Assembly: GCA_965223905.1 (NCBI GenBank)
Contig: CBDCXV010000010.1
Span: forward strand, 544,001-608,000
From: Candidatus Latescibacterota bacterium
GTDB lineage: Bacteria > Latescibacterota > UBA2968 > UBA8231
Direction of reading: 5' to 3'
DNA: 64,000 nt
Positions 10,334 to 20,290 of this stretch are shown in pieces. A model generated the notes under the pieces. The model saw nothing but the letters and a program-made list of their open reading frames with translations, was not told where the DNA came from and searched no databases. Position 1 is the first letter of the stretch. Each line of letters starts with the position of its first letter. A program made the translations under genes and the position numbers.

Positions 10334-11380
10334 GTATAGGAAAAATGAGGCACCTTTTTTGGACTCTCGGTCAAGGCGGACAGCGCACCGCAAGGGTCCG
10401 GCAACTCCCCTGAGGATCGTTTGCCAATCCTTCGACCGAACTCGCAGTCCGGCCTGGTTGCCTGTAAGCCCGAATCCGGATCAATCCGGGGCCTGAGGGA
10501 CTGTTGGGGGCACACCCAGCCGTACGCCCGGCGACGGCGACGGGTCGAGAAGGCAGGATCAGGCCGCGAACTCGAAAAGCGGCTCAGGCGGGACCCTCGG
10601 CGGGGGCATCGCCGGCAGCCCTACTCCCTCCAGACTGGTCCGGATCGAGGCCGGATCGGTCAGGGCGGCGATGATTCTCAGGCCACCGCCGCGTGCCGCG
10701 CATTGGCTGAGGTCGGAGGAAAACACCCGCGCCAGCAGGGTCGCCCACCGCAGTCGATGGCCGCAGGACGCAGCGCTCGTCGAGCCGTCCGCCGCCGCCG
10801 GCTCGGCACCCGGCTGGGCCGGCACGATGCGGTCGCGGGCCCCGGCCCGGGGCGCCAGGACCCCGTGGTAGCGCAGGAGATGAAACCGGGGCGGGGGGAC
10901 CAGAGCCGTCAGCTTCTCCAGCAGTTCCATCGGAGACAGCAGGAGATGGCTGGTCCCATCCGACCACGGCGTTTTGAGCGCGAAGGAAAGAGGGTCGGCA
11001 TCGACAAGGCGCAGACGCCCTCCCGCCAGGGCCGGCCGGGCCACGTAGCGGCACAAGCGTTCGAGCCCGCGCCGGTCAGGGCCTGCGATCCGCGTTGCCG
11101 CATGCAGCCAAAAGCCGCGCGAAGCAAAGCACAAGGGCGCCGTACGCACCCCGGTGGCCGGATCTTTCAGGACCCGGCGCAGGCGTTGGCCGGCGCGTGC
11201 CCCGGTGGCGGTGAGCCCTCGCACCGAAGCCGCGGTGAGAGCCGCCAGCACGGGCTCCTCGTCGGCGAGCGCATCCGCTGCGGTGTCGTCGAGCAGGCCG
11301 CGTTTGGTGCACAAGCGCATGATGCGGCGCGCACTCGTCTCCACGATCTGCTGCACGGCTTGGTCGGACAACGGCGGGGC
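10334..11380 (-). mobile_element. IS91-family element, 5'-truncated, with oriIS-type end (copy C)
   Basis: Near-identical to copies B and D; Tnp fragment 10559-11371. Confidence 0.9.
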
Positions 11381-11382
11381 GC

Positions 11383-11850
11383 CAGTGCGCCGCCGCTCTC
11401 GGCTACCACGCCCGCGCCCTCATCGTCGACCACCACTGCCTGGCCGAGATCTGGTCCGACGAGCACGGCAAGTGGATCCTCCAGGACCCGGGGCTCCTGC
11501 CCGGCCACGAGGTCGCCTTCCAGTAACGAGGAGGCCGGCGCCCCCATCAACGCCCTCGAGATGCACCGCCTCGCCGCCGCCGGCCGGATGGGGAACATCG
11601 ATTTCGTGCCGCCGCCGCCCGTTCCCGCCGAGCAGCTCCATGGGCTGTTCACCCAGCTCTACCAGCCCCATCCCCCACCTGGACCGCTTTCGAGGTCAGC
11701 CTGGACCGGGGGGAGTGGGAGGAGAGCGGCGCCTCCTTCGAGTGGGAGCTGCACCCGGGCCGCAACCGCCTGCGGGCGCGGGCGGTCAACACCATGGGCC
11801 TCCGGGGCCCCGAGAACCGGGTGGAGCTGGAGTACCGCCCGGGCTCATGA
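11383..11850 (+). pseudogene. Transglutaminase-like domain protein fragment
   Basis: QCAAALGYHARALIVDHHCLAEIWSDEHGKWILQDPG fits the H-x3-E-x-W...W-x3-D pattern; frameshifted and 5'-truncated. Confidence 0.6.
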
Positions 11851-12252
11851 CCACGAGGAGAACGAGATGAAGAAGGGAATTATATCCTCAACTCAGCACA
11901 CATCTGCCAGCGTGCGGGGTAAGTGCACATCTTAACGGTTGGCGTCCCCCCAGCCATCTTTCTATACGGCTGGGCGAGTTTGACTCTACCGGAGTCACCG
12001 GATACTGTACATCCCTTCACCACCACTGGTTCCTCATCGCAGGGAATGCAAGAAAGCTCAACGACTAATGCCTAAGCCCGGCCCGAAGCGACACCCGGCC
12101 ATCCCCGGCAGCGCACGACGCAGCGCAGAAGGTCGCCAGGAAACCTGCTCAACTCTCCACCGAAGACGAGTAACCAGATCGTGGTGGAACGGCGTGAGAA
12201 GCAAGCGAAAGAAGGCTGAGAAGGACTAGGGAAGAAACCACGGAGAATAGGC

Positions 12253-12750
12253 ATGAGCACACTTGTCCAGCCGCCAGCAGGAGCCGGTGAGACGATTCGG
12301 AACGTCACTGGCACGATGGTTTGGCTCTCTGAGCCGTTGAGGGCCGATGTGGACCTAGAGAGATATAAAGCGCTCCGTGAGGGGCTGGCCCCTTTGGTCG
12401 AGGAGTTCCACAGACGATTTGCCGAGCTTGCCAAGGACTACCCGGAGGATGACGAGATTGATCCTGATGACATTGCGGTTCCTATTCTGGAGAAGGCTGA
12501 GGAGTACTTTGACGCGCAACGTGTCGAACTACGACATCTACGGTCTGACTTAGTTCGCAAAGGCTACAAAGAACGGATTGGGGAACTGGATCAGTTAGAT
12601 GATCTCTACAGAAGACTTGCGATCATACTTGAAGAAGCTCGATGGACAATTCTGATCCATGACGGCCAAGCTTCTGAGGTTGCCGGAACGATAAGGGGCA
12701 GAGATGATCTCATAAAGTTCTTGCGAGACGACAGTGATGCGGATTCATAG
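12253..12750 (+). CDS. Hypothetical acidic helical protein, probable antitoxin
   Basis: GGAG RBS; overlaps the start of a downstream RelE-like remnant; C-terminal 'DDLIKFL' is antitoxin-like. Confidence 0.65.
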   Translation: MSTLVQPPAGAGETIRNVTGTMVWLSEPLRADVDLERYKALREGLAPLVEEFHRRFAELAKDYPEDDEIDPDDIAVPILEKAEEYFDAQRVELRHLRSDLVRKGYKERIGELDQLDDLYRRLAIILEEARWTILIHDGQASEVAGTIRGRDDLIKFLRDDSDADS

Positions 12751-13015
12751 TTTCGATGGAACCAACAGATTTCGCAAGGCTGCTCGCAGGTTACATCCCA
12801 AGGTGAAGAAAGAGTTGATTGATCTCTCGATGAATTTGAAAGGGGAGAATTATCACCAGGCCGGAAGCTTGAGAAATTGAGTGGGCAGCGAAAGAATCAG
12901 CCCCCCGCTTCATTCTGTAAGACTGGATGACAAGCACAGATTCATTTTTCAAGATCTCGGGCAAGGAGTTGGAAAAGCAATCGCTGTTGGTCCCCATGAC
13001 GCATACAGATTGTGA
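12737..13015 (+). pseudogene. RelE/ParE-superfamily toxin with two frameshifts (absent from ORF track)
   Basis: Reconstructs to MRIHSFDGTNRFRKAARRLHPKVKKELIDLLDEFERGELSPGRKLEKL...LHSVRLDDKHRFIF...AVGPHDAYRL. Confidence 0.65.
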
Positions 13016-13109
13016 GATGGGAAGGGGGCCTGAGTGATGAACGATTTCAAACACCTGTCATTGACATTCGATCTATGTAGTTCAGAGGTCTGGAAGCTCT
13101 TGGACTGTG

Positions 13110-13378
13110 CCTCACCTTGAGCGCCAGCGGCGGCGTGAAGAAGGCCGGCTCGATGGACGATGCTGTCTCCGGGCACATGGTCGCAGAAGCGATGCTGACG
13201 GCGCACTTCATCGCCGCGGCCCTCAAGGCCGGCATGAGCCAGGCCGAAATCAACGCCGTCCTCGCCGAGGTGGCCGACCGTTCGGCGCGAGCTCGACGCC
13301 AGGCCCTTCAAATACGTGGGCGTCGCGGGCGTGGAGGGGACTCGCATCGTGCAGGTCGGCGTGGCGGGCAAGGAATAG
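13110..13378 (+). pseudogene. Fragment of an unassigned, possibly sensor-associated protein with internal frame break
   Basis: GMSQAEINAVLAEVADRS then, in another frame, ELDARPFKYVGVAGVEGTRIVQVG*; strong coding-like codon bias. Confidence 0.45.
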
Positions 13379-13393
13379 GGATACGCGTCGCCA

Positions 13394-13723
13394 TTACCCG
13401 GAGGACGGGCGCCTCGCGGGTTTCCCCATCAGGGAACTGCCGTCGACCCGGGATGCCATCTGGTCCTCCCGGTTGAAGAGCGAGCACGACCGCAGGGACA
13501 GGCAGCCGCAGCCGATGCAGCCGGTCAGGCTCTGCTTCAACCTCTCCAGCGTCTCGATCCGCTCCTCGAGCTGATCCCTCCAGCCCCGCGACAGCCTGGC
13601 CCACTCCGCCTTGTTGGGCGTGCGCCCGCTGGGAAGGCCGTCCAGGGCCGAGCGGATCTCCCGTAGAGATACGCCGACCCTCTGGGCGGCCCGGATGACG
13701 GCGACGCGGCGCAACATCGACCT
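13394..13723 (-). pseudogene. soxR: SoxR redox-sensing regulator, N-terminal HTH deleted
   Basis: LRRVAVIRAAQRVGVSL...LTGCIGCGCLSLRSCSLFN (SoxR 2Fe-2S motif); no MerR HTH upstream. Confidence 0.88.
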
Positions 13724-15206
13724 CTCCGCGCCCCCTCGCGACCCGGTCGAGCGCGGCCTGCGCCGCCTCGAGGAGGGCATGGACCAGAACATCCGGCTGG
13801 TGATGGCCAAGGCCGTGGTGTCACTCCTGCGCGCCGGGGCGGACCCGGATGACGTCGTGCGGGCCAGCGGCCTGTACGGAGTGCGCCGGCGGCGCTCGGG
13901 TTGGGCCGACGGCATGACGATCCTCTCGGCCATGGCCAACGTGACCGACCACCTCCAAGGCGACGAGCGCATCGCCCCCCTGTACCAGGGGGTCCTCCAC
14001 GTAGCGACGAACACCAGCGGCCAGCCACCGCGGGTCCCGCTCCGGCCCCTCGAGAGCAGGGCGATCCCGCACGACGCGCTGAGACGGTGGTTCCGCTACC
14101 TGATCGAGGTGCGCAACGGCGACGGGGCGGAACGCACCCTGCTGGCCGCCATCGAGGGCCCTTCGAGCCCGGCCGACCTGGCGGAGATGATGGTGGCGGC
14201 GGCGACCGATCACTTCTACCTCGAGGGCGGCCACGTCATCGACTTCATCAACAAGGCCTTCGAGCTGCTCGACCGCATCGGCTGGGAGCACGCGGCCGAC
14301 GTCCTGCCCTCGCTCATTCCCCAGTTGAGCGTTGCCCAGCGCAGCGAAGAGCAGAACAACTGGCGCTCTCCCGTCGACCTCGTGACCCTGCTGAGCGAGA
14401 GCTTCGACTCCCTGGATCGACTGCTGGAGGAGGGCCGGGGGAGGGAGTGGAAGGGCAGCGGCGAGTTCACCGACGCGCTCCTGCAGGACGAGCCCCACGC
14501 GATCGTGGAGGGGCTGAACGAGGCCCTGAGGACAGGCGCGCGCCCCGTGCTACTGGCGGAGGCGGTCACGATGGCCGCGGCGCTGCGCATCGTCCGGTTC
14601 CACGTGAACAACGAGTTCTCCGACTGGATCGCGGTGCTCCACACCTTCTCGTACGCCAACGCCCTCCATCAGATGCTGAAGAGAGCCGAGTCGCCGGAGA
14701 TGCTGCGCGGCGTCTACCACGGGGCGATGCGCGTCTACCTCGACCGCTTCCTCAACGTCCCGCCCGCCCGCCTGCCCGACGCGGGCGCGCGAGCGGCGGA
14801 CCCCGGCCAGGCGATGGAGGAGTACCTGCAGCTGCTCAACCAGCAACAGCAGGTCGACGAAGCCGGGCGGCTCGTCTCCGGCTACCTGGTCTCAGGGGGC
14901 GAACCGGGGCTGCTGTTCCGCGCGCTCACCGAATCCCTGGTGAGGGAGGACGCCGAGTTCCACAGCTTCCAGATGCTCGAGGCCTCCATCCGCCAGCACG
15001 GCGAGCGGACCGACGTCGGCGAGCAGCGGCTCCTGATGGTGGCCGCAGCCCGCTACCTGGCGGCCAAGGCGCCCACTCAGCGAGAGCTGCTCCAGACGCT
15101 GCAGATTGCCCAGCGGCTGCACCGCGGAGAGGCCGTCTACGAGGAGGGGACATCGGGGACGGGCAATGACCCCGAGGGAACGCCGCATGGACCGGGATCG
15201 CATTGA
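13716..15206 (+). pseudogene. Rieske-associated helical protein lacking its N-terminal (Rieske) region
   Basis: GWADGMTILSAMAN, ATDHFYLEGGHVIDFINKAFE, LHTFSYAN, REDAEFH and AARYLAA recall Rieske(2Fe-2S)-fusion proteins; no CxH...CxxH present. Confidence 0.65.
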
Positions 15207-15348
15207 GCGAGCCGGCCGGGCCCTCGGCATCGAGCCGCGCAGCTTCAGCCGGCTGTGCCGCCGCTACGGCGTCGAGACGCCGTATGCGCGCCGCCTGCGG
15301 GAGCGCCGGCAGGCCCGGCAGCGCTGCTCCGGTCCGAGGCAGAACTGA
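15166..15348 (+). CDS. Small basic HTH-like protein, possibly internally deleted
   Basis: AGRALGIEPRSFSRLCRRYGVETP is Fis/HTH-like. Confidence 0.5.
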   Translation: MTPRERRMDRDRIERAGRALGIEPRSFSRLCRRYGVETPYARRLRERRQARQRCSGPRQN

Positions 15349-15545
15349 CCCAGGTCGACGAAGCCGGGAGGCTCGCATCGGGCCTTGGCCCGTCGCACAT
15401 CGCGCCTGAGCTGGGAGGAAGCAAGCAGCGGTGACACCAGGACGGTAAACCGATCCAAGAGGACGCCTCTACAGGGAAGGGATCAAGAGGGCCGCCTGAA
15501 CTCGTTTACACACCTTTTGACAGGACCTCGGCTGAATGGGGGATA

Positions 15546-16309
15546 TCAATTTCGTTCCCTGTCGCTTTCTATACAGTGCCGGACAACCTCCAGGCACTTC
15601 TCCATGGTGGCCACCGCTTCGCATGGTCGATGTGCATCCAAGTCTCATCAGTTTCCCGAGCAGCATACCAGTAGCACAGGAAGCCACCGCTCTCGTTTGG
15701 AATGTAGTCCCAGTCTCCCTTTACGGAGGTTCCCTGCAATTCCATGAAGAAGCCTTTCCAGGCACTCCATGACCAATCTGTGGGATGCTTGGATTGCCAA
15801 CTCTGCACCTCATCCTCTATGGATCGTAGGTGGCGCACGAATCCGTCAAGGATGTCGCTCTGGCTTCGGGCTTCTCTGCACTTCTCGAGGACTGCCAGGA
15901 GATCAGGTCGACTGACAACATCATATCCATGGCTGCGCACATTACCGTAATCGCTTTGATCGTCAGTTTGAACATAGACGGCAATAATCCTGTCTTGCGG
16001 AAAGCCCTTACTTAGCAGTTCCTTGTATCTCTGCAGCTGGTCCGAATGTTCCTGAGTACCCTTCTTGTCCTCAATCAGGATAGCAGCTTTAGTCTCTTCC
16101 TGCTCGTTGAGCACACATAGAACGTCAATGTGGTCAACCTGTTTTTCCACGCATACGGTATTGATCTTTTCTGAATACCCCTCTTCCCCAGCGGAAAGAA
16201 GGCGGATCAAGTCCACTCCGGCTTCGTGCAAGGCTCCGCTGAATTCTCGACAAGTCGGATCAGCCCATTTGAGCAGCCAACAAAGGAAGGCATCTTGCGA
16301 GAGTTCTAA
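15546..16309 (-). pseudogene. PD-(D/E)XK nuclease family protein; 5' end removed at the oriIS junction and C-terminal region broken
   Basis: ELSQDAFLCWLL...HIDVL...ILIEDK...QLQRY. Confidence 0.8.
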
Positions 16310-18030
16310 GTATAGGAAAAATGAGGCACCTTTTTGGACTCTCGGTCAAGGCGCTGAGCGCACTGCAAAGGTCTGGCAACTCCCCTGAGCTGAGGATCGT
16401 TTGCCAATCCTTCGACCGAGCTCGCAGTACGGTTTGGTTGCCTGTAGGCCCGTATCCGGATCAATCCGGGGCCTGAGGGACTGTTGGGGGCACACCCAGC
16501 CGTACGCCCGGCGCCGGGAGCGAATCGCGGAGGAGGTCAGGCGGCGAACTCGAACAGCGGCTCAGGCGGGGCCCTCGGCGGGGGCATCGCCGGCAGCCCT
16601 ACTCCCTCCAGATAGGTCCGGATCGAGGCCGGATCGGTCAGGGCGGTGATGATTCTCAGGCGCCCGCCACAGGCCGCGCATTCGCTGAGGTCGGAGGAAA
16701 ACACCCGCGCCAGCAGGGTCGCCCAGCGCAGTCGATGGCCGCAGGACGCAACGCTCGCCGAGCCGTCCGCCGCCGACGGCTCGGCACCCGGTTGGGCCGG
16801 CACGATGCGCTCGCGGGCCCGGCCAGGACCCCGTGGTAGCGCAGGAGATGAGACCGGGGCGGGGGGACCAGAGCCGCCAGCTTCTCCAGCAGTTCCATCG
16901 GAGACAGCAGGAGATGGCGGGTCCCATCCGACCACGGCGTTTTGAGCGCCAAGGAAAGAGGGTCGGCATCGACAATGCGCAGACGCCCCCCCGCCAGGGC
17001 CACGTAGCGGCACAAGCGTTCGAGCCCCGGCCGGTCAGGGCCTGCGATCCGCGTTGCCGCATGCAGCCAAAAGCCGCGCGAAGCAAAACACAAGGGCGCC
17101 GTACGCACCCCGGTGGCCGGATCTTTCAGGACCCGGCGCAGGCGTTGGCCGGCGCCTGCCCCGGTGGCGGTGAGCCCTCGCACCGAAGCCGCGGTGAGAG
17201 CCGCCAGCACGGGCTCCTCGTCGGTGAACAGATCGGCGGCGGTGTCGTCGAGCAGGCCGCGTTTCGTGCACAAGCGCATGATGCGGCGCGCACTCGTCTC
17301 CACGATCTGCTGCACGGCTTGGTCCGACAACGGCGGGGCCGGAACGAAAACCGGAGCGTCCTCCCCATCGACGTAGACCCCGTCGAGCATGAGCACGTGC
17401 ACGGGGGGATTGAGGTTCAGGGAGGAACCGAACCGCTGGACGAAGGTCACCGAGCCCCAACGCGCGCGGTCATGGCCCATGGCCTGCGCCTGACGTCGAT
17501 ACCAGCGGCCCACCACGCGCAGAAACACCGCCAGTACGGCCGAGACCCACTCGCCGTCGTAGGCGAGGCGGTAGCGAATCTCGTACGGAAAGCTGAGCAC
17601 CTACTGGCGCACCGGCACCCGGGGCAGCACGTCGTCGACCAGGCGCGCCGCCGTATCGGCCATGCACCGGCCGCAGCACGAGGGGCAGAACCCCCGCTTC
17701 TTGCAGGAAAAGGCAACGGCCCGGCTCTTCCCGCAGTCCTCACAACTGGCGCGCACGAACCCGTAGGCCAGAATGCCGCATTCGAGGTAGGCCCGCAGCT
17801 CTTTGTCGACATGGAGCGGCAGTCGGTGCTCGGCCGTTCCGGCTTGCTGGAGAAAGGTTTCCAGATGCCCGGCGAGGACCTGGTAGAGGGGCTCCTTTTC
17901 CGGTTCGCGGCGGCGGTACGCCACGTTGCACTCTCCTCTATCTCCAATCTTGGCCGACTTCTTGAGCCAATCCTTCAAGCTGCGGGCCAGACGTGCTGCT
18001 GTTGCCATTGATCTGCCTCCTACAGTGCCT
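16310..18030 (-). mobile_element. Near full-length IS91-family (ISCR-like) element (copy D); terIS end not defined
   Basis: oriIS-type end at 16310 shared with copies B and C; carries the whole transposase region. Confidence 0.85.
16537..18008 (-). pseudogene. tnp: IS91-family Y2 rolling-circle transposase with a TAG at 17601 and a frameshifting deletion near 16820
   Basis: AGGAGG RBS; Zn-binding FSCKKRGFCPSC; PVRQ*VLSFP (Trp expected); HUH region reads LNPPVHVL; RYVA. Confidence 0.9.
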
Positions 18031-18144
18031 AGTTGCTCTTCCCTCGCTGCTGCCCTGGGGTCCATAGGTGGTGCGCTAGCAGAAGAGCCAAGGACCTTAC
18101 TTGAGGATAGTACAGATAACCCGTAGTATATACATGTGTTAGTC

Positions 18145-18192
18145 GTTGGAAGGACAAGTTATCCTCCCAACCGCGGATGACAAACATCCGTG
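18145..18192 (+). promoter_or_regulatory. Two adjacent inverted repeats upstream of abiEi (candidate operators)
   Basis: gttggaagga-N7-tcctcccaac and cggatg-N5-catccg. Confidence 0.45.
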
Positions 18193-18235
18193 ATATACAT
18201 AGCATGAACCTGTGTAACTCGTCAGAAAGGTAGAG

Positions 18236-19051
18236 ATGCCAACTGTAAAACACGACGCGTTCTTTCGCCGGCACCCGGTGTTCACAGGCGAGGAACTGGC
18301 CGAGCATCTCAATTCCGGCGGCGAGAAAGGACCGAGAACGCAAGAATCTCTGGTTGCCTACCACACCGGGACCGGGCGCCTGGTCCGTGTTCGGCGGGGG
18401 CTGTTCGCCGTCATCCCACCCGGCGCCGACAGCGACACCTATCCCATAGACCCCTTCCTGATCGCGTCCAGGCTCACGCAGGATGGGGTTCTGTCGCACC
18501 ACACGGCGCTGGAGTTCCACGGACGGGCCTACTCGGTATGGAGACACCTCACCTATATGGCGTCGCGTCCGCTGGAGCCGCTGACCTTCCGCCACCACGT
18601 CTACCGGGGAGCCAGATTTCCAGAGGCGCTTGTCCGTGCGGGCAAGGAGCAATTCGGCGTGTCGACGGCCGAGCGTGCGGGTATGTCCCTGAGGGTCACG
18701 AGCCTTGAGCGCACGCTCGTGGACGTTCTGGATCGCCCGCACATCTCAGGAGGCTGGGAGGAGATATGGCGCTCACTGGAGACGGTGGAGTTCTTCGACC
18801 TCGACAGGATCGTGGAGTATGTCCTACTGCTTAGGAAGGCGGCCGCGGCATCGAAGGTAGGCTACTACCTTGAAGAGCACCGAGAGTCCTTGATGGTAGA
18901 GGAACGTCATCTCAAGGCGCTCTGCAGTCGACGTCCACGGCAGCCCCATTACGTTGATCGGAGGAGAAGCGGGGATGGGAGCCTGGTGGCCGCATGGAAC
19001 CTGGTCGTCCCGAACGAGGTGGTTGAGAGGTCCTGGGCCGAGGTGACATGA
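18236..19051 (+). CDS. abiEi: Type IV TA antitoxin / AbiEi-family transcriptional regulator
   Basis: N-terminal wHTH (LVRVRRGLF), LSHHTALEFHG, VTSLERTLVDVL; overlaps the abiEii start. Confidence 0.88.
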   Translation: MPTVKHDAFFRRHPVFTGEELAEHLNSGGEKGPRTQESLVAYHTGTGRLVRVRRGLFAVIPPGADSDTYPIDPFLIASRLTQDGVLSHHTALEFHGRAYSVWRHLTYMASRPLEPLTFRHHVYRGARFPEALVRAGKEQFGVSTAERAGMSLRVTSLERTLVDVLDRPHISGGWEEIWRSLETVEFFDLDRIVEYVLLLRKAAAASKVGYYLEEHRESLMVEERHLKALCSRRPRQPHYVDRRRSGDGSLVAAWNLVVPNEVVERSWAEVT

Positions 19052-20022
19052 GGGTTTCTCCTGAGAGGCTGGCGTTGGATGCGGAGGCGACTGGGTTCCG
19101 GCCGGATGTGTTGGAGAAGGTCGTACATCTGCTGCGGCTGCTTGATGCCATCCGCAGCCATCCGTTCCTAATGGGAAAGCTGGCCCTCAAAGGAGGGACT
19201 GCATTGAATCTTTTTGTGTTCGACGTACCGAGACTGTCTGTGGACATCGACCTGAACTATGTGGGTGCCGAAACCTTGGAGGCCATGCTAGATGAACGTC
19301 CCAGGATAGAGGAGGCATTGCAGGCTGTTTTCAGCCGGGAGGATTTCACCATCAGACGGATTCCCGAAGAACATGCGGGAGGCAAGTGGTCGCTTCGCTA
19401 TCCGTCGGCCTTCGGCCAGAGCGGCAGGATCGACGTGGACATCAACTACATGTTTCGCGTGCCGATGTGGCCGGTCAAGACACTCGATTCCCAGCCTGTG
19501 GGCATCTGGCGGGCGACCGGCATCCCGATGGTGGATATCCACGAACTTGCGGCAGGGAAGCTCACTGCATTACTGGCCCGCCGAAAGGCCAGGGACCTAT
19601 TCGACAGCAGCCTGCTCTTCTCCGTTGACGAACTCGACATTGCAAAGCTGAGAATCGCCTTTGTCGTGTACGGGGCATCGGTTAGGACAGACTGGCGCAC
19701 TGTCTCAGTCGAAGACGTGGCTTTCGACCCTGAGGAGCTTTCTAGCCAGCTCTTGCCCGCGCTCCGTGTTGTTGACATACAAGCCCTGGATGCGGTCACC
19801 TATGGTGACGACTTAGTCCGCCAATGCCGGCAGGCACTGTCTCAGTTCTTGCCCCTGAATGACGAAGAACGAGCATTCTTGAACCTGTTGCTCGACGAGG
19901 GAAGGATCGACGCGACGGTTCTGACCTCCGACGAGAGACTCCAGGAACGGATCCAAGCTCAACCCTCACTCGAATGGAAGGCCCGGAACGTGCGTGACTA
20001 CAAGGGACTATCTCAATGCTGA
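19048..20022 (+). CDS. abiEii: AbiEii/AbiGii nucleotidyltransferase toxin
   Basis: LALKGGTALNL, RLSVDIDL, KLTALLARRKARDLFD. Confidence 0.92.
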   Translation: MRVSPERLALDAEATGFRPDVLEKVVHLLRLLDAIRSHPFLMGKLALKGGTALNLFVFDVPRLSVDIDLNYVGAETLEAMLDERPRIEEALQAVFSREDFTIRRIPEEHAGGKWSLRYPSAFGQSGRIDVDINYMFRVPMWPVKTLDSQPVGIWRATGIPMVDIHELAAGKLTALLARRKARDLFDSSLLFSVDELDIAKLRIAFVVYGASVRTDWRTVSVEDVAFDPEELSSQLLPALRVVDIQALDAVTYGDDLVRQCRQALSQFLPLNDEERAFLNLLLDEGRIDATVLTSDERLQERIQAQPSLEWKARNVRDYKGLSQC

Positions 20023-20290
20023 ATACAGCGGCGTTCGCCATTGCGGACAGTTAGCAACTGTGAGGGTATTAGCCTCGTCATGAAAGCCACCGGCTCAGCC
20101 TCTTGGAGAAGGCCGCTCCGCCGCAGCCGTGCGGCACGAGGCTGTTCGTGGACACCCTGTTTGACGCACAAGTTCCCATCCCAAAGCTTGTCTGATAGCA
20201 GGCCGTTCCAAGACCGGCCGATGGTCACTGTGCGAGACCTTGATCATCTGCCGGCCGACAGGTCGGCCAAGGGGAGGGTGACTTCCCAGA

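Noticed and set aside
17601-17603. Programmed read-through of the TAG in the IS91 transposase
   Set aside because: The same copy also has a frameshifting deletion and a His-to-Pro change in the HUH motif; simple decay is more parsimonious
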